This document shows, in pieces, positions 1-10,729 of a stretch of DNA of 64,000 nucleotides (positions are counted from its first letter, which is position 1; the number at the start of each line of letters is the position of its first letter). Position numbers and translations under genes: made by a program. The notes below the pieces were generated by a model that searched no databases, was not told where the DNA came from, and saw nothing but the letters and a program-made list of their open reading frames with translations. Source of the stretch: a virus; IMG/VR virus record IMGVR_UViG_3300020439_000003, positions 32,001 to 96,000 of that record. The stretch is one strand, 5' to 3'.

Positions 1-3000
1 TTGAATAACAGTACCCTTATCAAACTTAACGTCTTGATTGAAGGTGAACTTCTTAACGTTGTCCATCTTAGAGTATGCTGCATCTCTAATGTAGTATTTT
101 GCAATTACATTAGGAGAAATGAGCAGTCTCTTACCGAGAGGTGAAGGTACAGTGGAAGTTTTAGAGGTGTAAGTATTAACTGTCTCTCCAAAGGTATATG
201 TACCAAAGTTCAGAGTAGACGTTACATCAGAATAGTCGAGAATTTGCAGACCCGAAGAACCTTCACTCCACACTGTAATGACAGGGTTATTCAGGTTGTT
301 GATGTTGATTTGAGTTGCTTCACTAAACACAATACCCTGAGAACCATCAATCTGATAATCACCACGCTTACTATGGAGACGATCAAACTTAACCATATCA
401 AGACCAGCATTCACAGTTTCAATTCTGTAACGCTCAGTAGGAACAGTCAGAGAAGAACCAGTGTAAACGGCACGAGGTTCTACGATGATGTCATCAACCC
501 AACCAATGAAGGAGGTGTTGGTAGCACCAGAAGTGGCGTTAGACAGAACTGCAAGGTCATCCATTGCAATATCTTCTGTTCTAGTAGCAGTACAAACCTG
601 TACACCATCGAAGTATGCAGAATAGACATAAGAACCAAGGGTGGGTTCTTCCTTAACAAGAACGATATGATGCCATGCCTCAGATACCATTGTGGTGAAA
701 TAGGTAGAACCCACAGATACCACAGTAGTGCCACCACCACCCTGAGGGGTGATATCGAGGGTGACTTTACCGAAGTTAGGATCACCAACAGTACCATTGA
801 TAGAGTAGATAACCTTATCGCCATTGTCGGCAATACAGGTGATCATTTCCATCTTAGGATTGTTGCTAGCATGGGTGCCAATCATCTTAACCCACATGCC
901 GACAGTCCAGTCGTCATTGTTATCAAGGTCAGTCCAATCCAGACGACCTGCTGCTTGCAGTTTCAGTGAAGCAGAACCAAACTTGTAGATAGTATCATCT
1001 CTGAGGATGTTAGCACCACCAGTTACAGTGACAGCACTCTTCTTCTGCTTGGTTGCATCGAAGTAAGTATCAGCACTATCGTTGAAACGATATACAGCAG
1101 TAGGAACAGACTTCTGGATGTTGAGTGGGACAATAATGTCACCAGAGTTGTCAACTGAGTGTGTAGTGGTAGTAAATCCAAGACCATAGTCAGTGTCACT
1201 ATTGACAGAATCCCAAGCACCACGGATGATGTTGGTCTTGTACTGCATAGTGCCGTTGTACTTGAAGTTAAGTGCAACTACTTGCTGATTGTTATCTTCG
1301 TACTTGATGTGGGTAAGAACATTGACATTACCGAATTCATCAAGGCTAACACCAGCATGATTGATAGATTCAAACGAAATACTAGGAGCAATAATCTTAG
1401 AGAAGAACCACTCAGGAGTGCTGAGGGTAAGTCTGACTTGTTCCAGTGCAATCTTGAAGAATGCAACACCATAGTGCTTGGTGCCATTCCACATATCACA
1501 TACAAAGAACAAATCGTTGTAGGAATCCAGAACAAACTGAGGTCTTTGTACCTGACCACCAGAGACTGCCAACTTCTTGACATAACTCATTTCAATGTTG
1601 GCACCGTCGTAAACCATCTCACCGAACATGAGATCGTTATTGTCTAGATCAATACCAGCAAAAACGATTTTATTGTTACCAATGTAATGCAACTGGTGCA
1701 TTTGCTCACCTTCGCTGTCAGAAGCGAACTTACGCTTCTCTACAACGTCACCTTGGTTATTGAGCTGCATAACCCAGATGTCATCAGGATCTGGGGAGTT
1801 GGTGTCCGTCCAACCACAAATATAGAGTCTCTGCTCGTCATCGAGGTAAATATCACCTGCATAGTCGCGACGAGTCGCACCAGAGACACCAGCAATCTCT
1901 TTCTGGAATCTGATGACACCTTCGGGGTTATTTGCGTTATCGAGACCAGATTCGTACTTGACAAGCAGAATATCAGGATTGTATCCAGAAGTGCTCTGAG
2001 ATTCGGTTTCACCGAGCACATAGATCAAATGATTGTCCTCAGAAGTCTCGTCGAGGTAAATCTTCTTGAAACGTGCAGTTTTAATACTAGAAGAGGGAAG
2101 AAGACTTCTATCCCAAATCAGACCACCAAGATCGGAGAATTTAGCAAGGAAAGCAGAAGATTCGCCATTTGATTGAGTCAGTTCACCACAAACGTAAGTA
2201 GTACGGTCAGAAGCAGTCTGAACGTCTATGATTTCAAATGTAGAGGCATTAGTGCCACTCTCAACGTATTGGTTGACCCAATAGTAAGTTTTCTTGAATT
2301 GTTGGGGATGAGAAACTCGGATTTGAGGAACATCCTCAATATCGTAGTCAAAACCAGAATTGATGATATCAACACGATCAACTTTACCAGTAGTGGTATC
2401 CAGGATGATATCAAGCTCAACGTCCTGTCCAGAGTCAGTAATGATCTCATATGTCGGAGGAATTGACTCATTGTAACCAACACCGATCTGATCAACACTA
2501 ATTGACTCAATACCAGTCACAACGGACATGTAGAATCGCTTATTGGTGTTATCAGTGATAACTTTCGACGAAACGATAACTTCGTCTTGTGCAATCAGTT
2601 CATGATCATTAGAAGTGGTGATTTTGCCGTATGGCTCATCATCAATGATTTCCTTACGATATGCAGAGATAGTTTGACCAGTAACAGACTCAATTTGAGC
2701 AGAAGCACCAAATCCATCAGTTCCAGTGTTATCGAAGAACAAAGTATCGTTAACCTGATAAGAAACGCCAGGGTTCTCGATAACGAATCCGTCAATCTGT
2801 GCAGACTCGAATTTAGTAGTATTTTCAACTTCAATATCCACTCTGGACTCAGTAGAGACCGTTGGGAAGTAATCATAGATCTGCAATGCCGCTTCTTCGG
2901 TCATTGCTTGCAGAGTAGCAATTTCAAGGGGACTGATGATGCCGTCACCGTCAATATCTTCAATTTCAAAGATAATTACTTCACCTTCACGCTCAGTAAC

Positions 3001-6000
3001 GAGTTCATCGGATCTTTGGTTGGGTTGACGGTCAATATCGATGTCAACGTTGGCATAAGGGTCTCTGAAACGAGAAACATCAAGAGGGATGTTTTCTTGG
3101 GTTGCAGATTGACTCAGGTTCCAAGTATCAACAACAGAGTTGAACTGAGGACCAACAATATAAGGGAATACAGGAAGACCAGCGTCAGATTCGTCAATAG
3201 TTACGAAATAAGCGTAAGTACCAGCAGGATAGTCAGGAGTCTTACAGAAACGACCGTTATAGGGGTCTAGGTCGCCTCTCTGGAAGTCATATTCGTAATC
3301 ATTGATGAAAGTACCAGCAGGATAGGTTGCAAGCAGCGGACCATCCGTTCTAGCAGGAGTTGGGTTGGTATCAATGTTATATACGACCTCATCTTTCAAT
3401 TTGTAAGAAGAACGCATTCTTCTAAGACCACTGTTCTGATCAGTCGGGTCAATGTAACCGTAAGGACCATAAATCGGGTTACCATCAAACGCCCAACCAA
3501 TAATTGGAGAGTGTGCCTCGTTTTGACCAACTTCTCGGAAGTTTTGAGTCTGAGGATCAAGAACTACGTTGTCACCAACCACATAACGGAGTTCTTTCGG
3601 GTCGGAGACGTGTGCGTATTCACCACCATATTGGTTATTGAAACCAGTGAACACATAACCACGAGCAACGTCATATTTGGAGTTAAGTTCATATTCAAGG
3701 TTCTTGTTCCACTTGAATACAGTTGCTTCAAAGGTTGCAAGTTGACCAACTGCTTCCAGACGAACAGTAGTGTTACCTTGGGTATATCCAACACCTTTGT
3801 TAGTGATTTGGATAGAAATAACCTTACCTTTGTCTTCACCAAGGGTTCCGATGATAGCAGTTGCCTGAGCACCAAATCCATCACCGTTAATGTACACAGT
3901 AGGAGCAGTGGTATAGGCTTCACCAGAGTTAATGATAGCGATCGATACAATACGACCGTTAATCACAATAGGTTGTGCCAGAGCACCTTCACCAGAGTTC
4001 AGTTTGATCTCAGGAGTAGAAGTGTATCCAGTTCCAGCAGAAGTCAGTGAAACACCAGAAATAGGACCACGAACTTGTGCAGTAGCAAGAGCACCAGTGC
4101 CGCCACCACCAGTAATAGAGATAGTAGGTTGAGAAGTATAACCAGTACCAGCATTCTCTACCAGAATACGAGTTACACGACCATTAGTCACAACTGCCTG
4201 AGCAGTTGCACCAGAACCACCACCACCAACGATAGAGATCAGAGGTTGAGCAGTATACCCAGAACCCTGATCGGTAACATCGATAGAAAACAGTGAACCG
4301 TTAACAGTAACGCTAGCAGCAGCACCAGTACCACCGCCACCAGAAATTTGAAGTGCAGGCTTGTTACCAGCATCATAATCGATACCATTATTGGTGATAG
4401 CGATTGCAGTCAAAGGACCAAAGGTCACATAGTCCTTAGACTTGTAAGACCAGGCAGCAACACCGTTTACCCAAGAACCAACGGGGTTATTAGGTTGAAT
4501 AGTAGTTCTAGTAGAAACCGTAGATACAGTTCTAGGGAATCTAAGCAGTTTACGCTGGTTACCAGGAATTAGAGCAGAACCTTGGAAAGGACCGATCTTA
4601 TAGTTGGGTAGACCAGAGGCAGCAACGTAAACGTAGTTATTATTGAAGAAAGTATTCTGAATGTTTGAAGTGAACAGAGATACTACTTCGTTAATAGAGT
4701 TAATAGTAGACTTACCTCTATTCAGGTCAACAGACAAGAGAATGTTACCCTGAGGAGTGATCTGAGTCGGTACAGGGATAGCATAAGTGAAGGTAAAGTC
4801 GTCAAGACGAGAAGTTACTTCGTAAGTGCCATTGTAGATAGCAGGGTTAGCACCATAAATGGTAACTTTATCTTCTACAAGCAATCCGTGCGGGTTATCA
4901 CAAACGACGGTAGCAGTTTGGTTATTCGATCCCCCAGGAGTAATGCTTGTAACCTTGATGAGTTTCTTAACGTTATACAACCAGGATTGAAGGCGTTCAT
5001 CAGTGTCAGTGCCACCCAAAGCAGCCACATTAAGCTTATCGCCTGGTAGATAGTAAGAACCAGTGTCTTCAAGAACGGTAGTACCTGCTTCTGCAATACC
5101 GAGAACACGAAGTTTGACTTCGGTATCAGTTCCTTTGTTAACCCAGACAAAAATGTCCGAGTGAATCGTCGTGCCAGGGTCCCAGTCCTCAACTACACCG
5201 TTTTTAGAACGAGTACACTCAATAAACTGGTTCAGTGATTTTTCTTTGTACTGAACAACTTCACTATCATCAATAATGATCGTACCGTTCTTCTCTGGCC
5301 ACCCAATAGTTGAGTCAACGGTAATTATGTTACCATCGGTGGACAAAGGTTCAACAAGAGTCGTTTTATAAGGAATCTTGAAGCTTCCGCTCAGAGTTTC
5401 CTCTGAAATTGCTAATTCGTAAATAGTATCTGTACCTTCGATGATCGAAATTACGTTTTCGATCAAAACAGAGGCATTTTTGATGTTTTGGTCAACAGGA
5501 TCCTCAATTTGGATCAACTGTGCGTTTGGCAGATTGATAGGATCGCCAGAAATCAGTTCTGCACGCAGAATAGTGTCAACAACCCAAGATGCTGCCGAAG
5601 GAGTGACCAGTTCGTCTCTGGGGTAGTAAACATCAACTTCTTCACCGAACAGAATCTTAAATAGGTACTGTGCAGCAGTTTTCGTACCCTTTGAGATGTA
5701 GAAATCCTTGATCGTCTTAATAACTTGCACAGGATTGACCTGGGCATAGTCAATGTTGATCGTAGGCATGTATTGATCACGGAATTTGTCAAATACACGT
5801 CTAATGATCTGAGCGTCTAGGTTATGAACAACAGATCCAACAGTATGGTTGGTTTGAGCAAGTTGCTCTTCCTTAGCATAGACCTGATTGCCAAAATTAT
5901 CAAATTGGACAACATCAGATACACCACGGGCACAACCACGCAGTGAAGAAGGTTCGTAGTCTTGACCAGCAGACCTAATAAGGCAACCAGTCACCTCACC

Positions 6001-7824
6001 GAATCCAACATCACAAGATGCCTGTGCAGCAAGTGGTTCAGCGATGTAAACCTTAGGAGGATTCTCAGTAGAATACCCTTCACCGAAGTTAGTGATGTTA
6101 ATGTCAGTAATTTCACCGTTAAAGATGGTTGCTGCTGCCATTGCACCAGTACCACCAATAGATTCACCCAGAGGACCCTTACGATCGTCTACGATGTATA
6201 CAGAAGGAGCATCGGTATAACCAGAACCACCTGTCAGCAGGTTGATATTGGTAACACTACCGTTTGCGACAGTAACATCAAGAACCTGAGCACCAACGGG
6301 TTGTACAACTCTTGCTCTGGGTGCTGTTTGATAACCACGACCTCTATTAGTGATAGTTACAGATACAACTTGCCCGTCAGGTGACACAGAGCAAGTTGCT
6401 TCGGCATCAATACCATCTTCGGGAGCAGGATCGATGTAGATAGTAGGAGGATTGCTATAACCAAGACCATATTTGGTTACAGTGATAGATCCATCAACCA
6501 GACGACCCTCAGAATCGATTGTAGGGTCACTGCACTCAGCACCACCAGGGTTGATGAAGGTAATTGCAGGAATAAAGTCGTAACCAGAACCAGAGTTGGT
6601 GATCTCAATACCAGAGACTTGTCCTGTCGTATCATCAACAGTAATTTTAGCAGCAGCACGAGAACCATTGATCAGATCGCCAGGTTCAGTGATACGAACA
6701 ACAGGAGGGTTGTATGCAGTATAACCCTGACCACCGTTGATCAGTTTAACGTTCTTAATACCGTTGACCAAAGACCTGGCCGCGGCACCAGTTCCCTTTC
6801 CAGTAGAAGAGAAGATGGATACCTTAGGTGCAAAGTTCAGTCTATAACCACTACCACCCTTCTTGATAGTAATTGCTTCAATTTCACCATTAGCGCCAAC
6901 ACGAGTTACTGCCTCAGCACCCAATCCAACAGAAGGAGACACATACTCGATAGAACGAATATGGAATGTATCTTGTCCAGAGATGTTAACAAAGAATTTG
7001 ATTCTAGTGTTGTTATCAGTCAACACATAATCATCAAACGGGCGTTGCAGCACACCGTTACGGTTGATGATCAGACCAATTTCAGCAATAGGAGCATAAG
7101 GGAGGTTATCATACTGAACCACCATCGAATCTCCACCAATGAGATTTTCGAGAGGGGGATGAACCAGTTCTTTAATGACAGAATCAGCAAAACCGATGTA
7201 GTAAAGAATCTGAGTCAGTTCTACCTGGTCATTACCAGTTCTAGCACGAGGTGCAGTGGTAAAGATAATCTGAGAGCCAGTAATAGTATAGTCAACATCA
7301 GGAATCAACAGATCACCATATACAGTAACTGCAAGGTGTGCTGCTGAGACAGGTGAGACAGGAGTACCAAGGAATTTAAGATCAAAGGTAGTTCTACTAC
7401 CATCGAAGTCAGTCCATGGAGATTCTAGTGCTTGTCTCTTCTTATTAAATTCTTGTAGGGAGATACCTGGGGTCAGGATTACGTCAGGACCACGAACCGT
7501 CTGAGCATAATAGATAACTTCATTATCAATCATCACAGATCCATCCTGAGGGATGAATCCATCAATTTGTTCTACTTCAATCGTATCAATTTCAGCATCA
7601 ACATCCTTGATCACCGTCGTGCTAGAAGTCAGCAGTTTGGGATCATAGGCATCAAGATCAAGATACCTAAGCAAATTGTTCAGGATGTTATAGGAACGTC
7701 CTGTCTTCTCTTGTGACTTGTAATATTCAAAGAGAAATTGTACGAACTGCTGATCTTCTTCCCGAATAAATTCAGGGAGTTGGTCAGCAACTCTGTCCGA
7801 GATGTTAATTCTGTCTGCAAACAT
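1..7824 (-). CDS. gp7: Giant baseplate wedge initiator (gp7-like) with fibre-like repeats and a YHYH-type domain; 3' end runs off the window (>2600 aa)
   Basis: Not in the ORF track. Manual translation from the ATG at 7824 gives MFADRINISDRVADQLPEFIREEDQQFVQFLFEYYKSQE; the frame is open in every spot-checked line down to base 1. Contains HSPIIGWAFDGNPIYGPYGY near 3450-3520 and many GxGY repeats. Directly follows gp6. Confidence 0.85.
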   Translation of the reverse strand, partial: MFADRINISDRVADQLPEFIREEDQQFVQFLFEYYKSQEKTGRSYNILNNLLRYLDLDAYDPKLLTSSTTVIKDVDAEIDTIEVEQIDGFIPQDGSVMIDNEVIYYAQTVRGPDVILTPGISLQEFNKKRQALESPWTDFDGSRTTFDLKFLGTPVSPVSAAHLAVTVYGDLLIPDVDYTITGSQIIFTTAPRARTGNDQVELTQILYYIGFADSVIKELVHPPLENLIGGDSMVVQYDNLPYAPIAEIGLIINRNGVLQRPFDDYVLTDNNTRIKFFVNISGQDTFHIRSIEYVSPSVGLGAEAVTRVGANGEIEAITIKKGGSGYRLNFAPKVSIFSSTGKGTGAAARSLVNGIKNVKLINGGQGYTAYNPPVVRITEPGDLINGSRAAAKITVDDTTGQVSGIEITNSGSGYDFIPAITFINPGGAECSDPTIDSEGRLVDGSITVTKYGLGYSNPPTIYIDPAPEDGIDAEATCSVSPDGQVVSVTITNRGRGYQTAPRARVVQPVGAQVLDVTVANGSVTNINLLTGGSGYTDAPSVYIVDDRKGPLGESIGGTGAMAAATIFNGEITDINITNFGEGYSTENPPKVYIAEPLAAQASCDVGFGEVTGCLIRSAGQDYEPSSLRGCARGVSDVVQFDNFGNQVYAKEEQLAQTNHTVGSVVHNLDAQIIRRVFDKFRDQYMPTINIDYAQVNPVQVIKTIKDFYISKGTKTAAQYLFKILFGEEVDVYYPRDELVTPSAASWVVDTILRAELISGDPINLPNAQLIQIEDPVDQNIKNASVLIENVISIIEGTDTIYELAISEETLSGSFKIPYKTTLVEPLSTDGNIITVDSTIGWPEKNGTIIIDDSEVVQYKEKSLNQFIECTRSKNGVVEDWDPGTTIHSDIFVWVNKGTDTEVKLRVLGIAEAGTTVLEDTGSYYLPGDKLNVAALGGTDTDERLQSWLYNVKKLIKVTSITPGGSNNQTATVVCDNPHGLLVEDKVTIYGANPAIYNGTYEVTSRLDDFTFTYAIPVPTQITPQGNILLSVDLNRGKSTINSINEVVSLFTSNIQNTFFNNNYVYVAASGLPNYKIGPFQGSALIPGNQRKLLRFPRTVSTVSTRTTIQPNNPVGSWVNGVAAWSYKSKDYVTFGPLTAIAITNNGIDYDAGNKPALQISGGGGTGAAASVTVNGSLFSIDVTDQGSGYTAQPLISIVGGGGSGATAQAVVTNGRVTRILVENAGTGYTSQPTISITGGGGTGALATAQVRGPISGVSLTSAGTGYTSTPEIKLNSGEGALAQPIVINGRIVSIAIINSGEAYTTAPTVYINGDGFGAQATAIIGTLGEDKGKVISIQITNKGVGYTQGNTTVRLEAVGQLATFEATVFKWNKNLEYELNSKYDVARGYVFTGFNNQYGGEYAHVSDPKELRYVVGDNVVLDPQTQNFREVGQNEAHSPIIGWAFDGNPIYGPYGYIDPTDQNSGLRRMRSSYKLKDEVVYNIDTNPTPARTDGPLLATYPAGTFINDYEYDFQRGDLDPYNGRFCKTPDYPAGTYAYFVTIDESDAGLPVFPYIVGPQFNSVVDTWNLSQSATQENIPLDVSRFRDPYANVDIDIDRQPNQRSDELVTEREGEVIIFEIEDIDGDGIISPLEIATLQAMTEEAALQIYDYFPTVSTESRVDIEVENTTKFESAQIDGFVIENPGVSYQVNDTLFFDNTGTDGFGASAQIESVTGQTISAYRKEIIDDEPYGKITTSNDHELIAQDEVIVSSKVITDNTNKRFYMSVVTGIESISVDQIGVGYNESIPPTYEIITDSGQDVELDIILDTTTGKVDRVDIINSGFDYDIEDVPQIRVSHPQQFKKTYYWVNQYVESGTNASTFEIIDVQTASDRTTYVCGELTQSNGESSAFLAKFSDLGGLIWDRSLLPSSSIKTARFKKIYLDETSEDNHLIYVLGETESQSTSGYNPDILLVKYESGLDNANNPEGVIRFQKEIAGVSGATRRDYAGDIYLDDEQRLYICGWTDTNSPDPDDIWVMQLNNQGDVVEKRKFASDSEGEQMHQLHYIGNNKIVFAGIDLDNNDLMFGEMVYDGANIEMSYVKKLAVSGGQVQRPQFVLDSYNDLFFVCDMWNGTKHYGVAFFKIALEQVRLTLSTPEWFFSKIIAPSISFESINHAGVSLDEFGNVNVLTHIKYEDNNQQVVALNFKYNGTMQYKTNIIRGAWDSVNSDTDYGLGFTTTTHSVDNSGDIIVPLNIQKSVPTAVYRFNDSADTYFDATKQKKSAVTVTGGANILRDDTIYKFGSASLKLQAAGRLDWTDLDNNDDWTVGMWVKMIGTHASNNPKMEMITCIADNGDKVIYSINGTVGDPNFGKVTLDITPQGGGGTTVVSVGSTYFTTMVSEAWHHIVLVKEEPTLGSYVYSAYFDGVQVCTATRTEDIAMDDLAVLSNATSGATNTSFIGWVDDIIVEPRAVYTGSSLTVPTERYRIETVNAGLDMVKFDRLHSKRGDYQIDGSQGIVFSEATQININNLNNPVITVWSEGSSGLQILDYSDVTSTLNFGTYTFGETVNTYTSKTSTVPSPLGKRLLISPNVIAKYYIRDAAYSKMDNVKKFTFNQDVKFDKGTVIQ

Positions 7825-7829
7825 TTATC

Positions 7830-9965
7830 TTAGAAACAGGAGTCGATGTCGGGATACTCGAAAGCATCAATCGGGTAGTTAATCGTATTTATGTTGCCCC
7901 CACCATAGTTCCAACCAGCAAAGTTGAAGGGGTCAAAGTTAGGAATGTCACTGGGGTTAGTGACAAAATCAATCGGGTAAACTTCGGGGTTGAAGATGGT
8001 TGGGTCAACACCTGGCGGGATGGTAAGACCGTTACCATCGGGGAGAACCACAACGGGAACTCTCGTGTTGCCATCAGGGGTATCAGCAATATTTAGGGGT
8101 CCGACACAGACCTTTCCTGTATCATAATCTACCGTTCCAACAGACTCATTTAAGACAACTTCTTTTTCATTTCTGTTGGTCACCATGATCAATCCACCAC
8201 TACCATTGTCTCTGATGTTGACAGGTACAAGTGTTGAAGTCACAACTTCCTCTGAACTGAAAATAGCGTCTTCCAGAGCGGATTCAAAACCTGCTCGTCC
8301 ACCAGCAGTAGTCAATGAACCTGCTGCTTCACCAGCAGCAATTTGATCTGCTACGTCTTCGGTATAACCAGTTGCATAGAATGAACCTGTTTTAACGGAA
8401 GAGAACTTAGGATTACAATTACCACCACCGTCGCCGCCGTCTCCATCGCCACCAGGACCACCGTAGTCACCTGGGTTAACAATGGGGTTATTAAAGTCAA
8501 GACATTGTGTAAAGATATTTCCAAAGGTGAATTGGTCAAGGTTTTGACCAATAGTCATCTGACTGGTAGTACCAGCAATAGCATTGTCAGAAGAGTCAAT
8601 CATAGAATTGAACTTCGACATTTCCAGACGACCACCAAAGCGATCATCACGATTTTGACTATTAAATTTGTCAATAGATTTAAGAATCTCAGATGCCAAC
8701 TCGTTTGAGGATCTGGTTGTCTTGTTTCCATCGAACGAAGGATAAACCTTCGGGGACAGATAGTAGATTCTTGGGTCAACAACGATCGGTTGGATCGATG
8801 CCATAGAATAGTCAAGTAGTTGGTTCTGAATACGCTTTTTAGTCGTAGTGTTGAGGTTCACACCAGACTTAGAGCGAACAGCAATGTATACCTTGCCATA
8901 TTCAGGGGGTGACAGTTTCTCACCGCCGTAAGCAGTAACTGCTGCTGCCTGAGGATAGATGTCCTTTACGATATGAGCATAGTCATTCTCAGTAACTGCT
9001 CTGTTTTGGGTCGAGAACGCCCTTGGAGCACGATACTTGATAGATAGGGCAGATTCCTTCTCTTCGCCTGACTGAGACCCGTCTATGGTCGCCAGAGACA
9101 TCGATGAAGGCAAGATAGGACGGTTAGTGTTATCAATGGCACGTCCAATGAAATTAAACTTGGTTGCACCGTTAGCAGCAGGTCCGTCAGTGGCAATATA
9201 GGTCAGTACAACAAATTCATTATCAATCAACTTACGACCAAGAACACCATCGCCGAAAATAACCTTATATCTAAGGTCTTCGGTCTCTTCTAAGAAATAA
9301 ACACGAGAAGTAGAGTCAAGTGCAGTAACATTTCTAGAAACAGAGTATTCATCAATCTCAGCAGACTGTTCATTTGGTTTTACTGCAACAGTCAGCAGTT
9401 CAGTATCAACACCGTCAGCAGGAATCACATATTCTTGCTTTTTCGTATCATCAACGGTGTAATTAAAGGTAAGAAGGTTACCTTGATAGATTACCAGTTT
9501 CGTAAAGTTCGCAATACCAGTATTCTGGTCCACCGCTACTTGGGTGTCCTTCATAATGGCATAAGTATATGACTCACCATCTACCTGGGTGACGAATACG
9601 TCGCCTGCTTTGATAGTAACTGAGTCAGGGTAGGCAGAACCACCAGGAAGCAGTTGAGTCTGTGCAGAGACGCGCACACACGCCTTAGACGCCTTGATAG
9701 AACGAGGCGTATAGTTGATCTGTTTGGCAATGCGAACAATGTTGTCTCTAACAGTCGCACTTTCCAGGAATGCTTCGTTCATCGACATGTTTGCCAAGAA
9801 CGCAGCGTAGTGCGTATTGTAAGCAAGGATGTCGATCAGGTAAGAGGCAGTCGATCCCTCAAAATCATAATCCGTAAATTCAGGACGAGTCCTGAGATAG
9901 GATTTGATCGATTCCTTAATCTCAAAAAAGTCAAGAGACGTTAGTTCTGAGGGTGTTGCTGGCAT
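7830..9965 (-). CDS. gp6: Baseplate wedge subunit gp6
   Basis: LDFFEIKESIKSYL...FTDYDFEGS...LIDILAYNTHY and QNRAVTENDY...PPEYGKVYI are typical T4 gp6 motifs; lies between gp25 and gp7. Confidence 0.93.
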   Translation of the reverse strand: MPATPSELTSLDFFEIKESIKSYLRTRPEFTDYDFEGSTASYLIDILAYNTHYAAFLANMSMNEAFLESATVRDNIVRIAKQINYTPRSIKASKACVRVSAQTQLLPGGSAYPDSVTIKAGDVFVTQVDGESYTYAIMKDTQVAVDQNTGIANFTKLVIYQGNLLTFNYTVDDTKKQEYVIPADGVDTELLTVAVKPNEQSAEIDEYSVSRNVTALDSTSRVYFLEETEDLRYKVIFGDGVLGRKLIDNEFVVLTYIATDGPAANGATKFNFIGRAIDNTNRPILPSSMSLATIDGSQSGEEKESALSIKYRAPRAFSTQNRAVTENDYAHIVKDIYPQAAAVTAYGGEKLSPPEYGKVYIAVRSKSGVNLNTTTKKRIQNQLLDYSMASIQPIVVDPRIYYLSPKVYPSFDGNKTTRSSNELASEILKSIDKFNSQNRDDRFGGRLEMSKFNSMIDSSDNAIAGTTSQMTIGQNLDQFTFGNIFTQCLDFNNPIVNPGDYGGPGGDGDGGDGGGNCNPKFSSVKTGSFYATGYTEDVADQIAAGEAAGSLTTAGGRAGFESALEDAIFSSEEVVTSTLVPVNIRDNGSGGLIMVTNRNEKEVVLNESVGTVDYDTGKVCVGPLNIADTPDGNTRVPVVVLPDGNGLTIPPGVDPTIFNPEVYPIDFVTNPSDIPNFDPFNFAGWNYGGGNINTINYPIDAFEYPDIDSCF

Positions 9966-9966
9966 C

Positions 9967-10380
9967 TTACGTTCTCTCTAAGAGGAATTCAACAGTTTGA
10001 GTTTGCGGTTGACCAACGATTGCATATTCAATCGCTACGTCAATACTGTATTCATCATCAGAGAGGTTCACGTCAATGTTTTCGACCTCAACACGAGGTT
10101 CTAAACGTTGTATGGTATTACTTATCTCATCTCGCAGGTCTTCTGCGGTGAAAACGTCAAAGGGTTCAAATAATAGTCCTTTGACTCTTGATCCAATGTC
10201 AGGTTGATAGGGGCGTTCACCAAAAACCGTCAGTATCAGGTTTCTGATCGACTGCTTGATAGCATTTTCATTCTTCACCGTCGAGAAGTCTTCGGTATTA
10301 GGGTTTGCTTCAAATGAAACCGCTAGATCCTTAAAACCTCGGGAGAAAAACTTTTCTGATCGAAACCTGTACGACGGCAT
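9967..10380 (-). CDS. gp25: Baseplate wedge subunit gp25
   Basis: AIKQSIRNLILTVFGERPYQPDIGS...LFEP...EPRV is the GPW/gp25 signature. Confidence 0.95.
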   Translation of the reverse strand: MPSYRFRSEKFFSRGFKDLAVSFEANPNTEDFSTVKNENAIKQSIRNLILTVFGERPYQPDIGSRVKGLLFEPFDVFTAEDLRDEISNTIQRLEPRVEVENIDVNLSDDEYSIDVAIEYAIVGQPQTQTVEFLLERT

Positions 10381-10386
10381 TGACTT

Positions 10387-10393
10387 TATTTAG
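10387..10393 (-). promoter_or_regulatory. T4-type late promoter (CTAAATA) upstream of gp25
   Basis: CTAAATA lies 6 nt before the gp25 ATG. Confidence 0.6.
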
Positions 10394-10620
10394 TCGTTAT
10401 CAGGATTATTTAGCAACTCAACGGGAGGGTTGTATTTTAGAAACTCCCAGAATGTCATTTTCATCTCTTTTTGGGTCATGCCGCAATGTTTAGCGGCATT
10501 TGGGAGATTCATTGTGGCATGGAAGAGTGCTTCGTTCGCTTGTTGAACAAGTTCGGGTGTAGTTTTAACGGCCTTGTCCACGATAACGTTTTTTCGCGTG
10601 GTTTGATGATGTCGCGGCAT
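10390..10620 (-). CDS. Hypothetical cyanophage protein (start uncertain, possibly the GTG near 10584)
   Basis: Fills the gap before gp25; its 5' part overlaps the 10565-10711 peptide ORF. Confidence 0.6.
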   Translation of the reverse strand: MPRHHQTTRKNVIVDKAVKTTPELVQQANEALFHATMNLPNAAKHCGMTQKEMKMTFWEFLKYNPPVELLNNPDND

Positions 10621-10711
10621 ATTTGGTGTGCTGTCCTCGCCCTTGGCGTGTCTTTTTGGGTTTTGATTCGATGTGACTGCTGTTCAGTCCAGTTTTTGCT
10701 CGGGTTGCCAT
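10565..10711 (-). CDS. Small basic protein, 48 aa
   Basis: Manual translation: MATRAKTGLNSSHIESKPKKTRQGRGQHTKYAATSSNHAKKRYRGQGR; starts 19 nt after the PAAR stop. Confidence 0.65.
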   Translation of the reverse strand: MATRAKTGLNSSHIESKPKKTRQGRGQHTKYAATSSNHAKKRYRGQGR

Positions 10712-10729
10712 GTCTTAATTAAAACGACT

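Noticed and set aside
244-7347. Long + strand ORFs in the track (e.g. 244-969, 2587-3270, 6619-7347), and similar ones elsewhere
   Set aside because: They are antisense shadows in codon register with real minus-strand genes and have no motifs or RBS.
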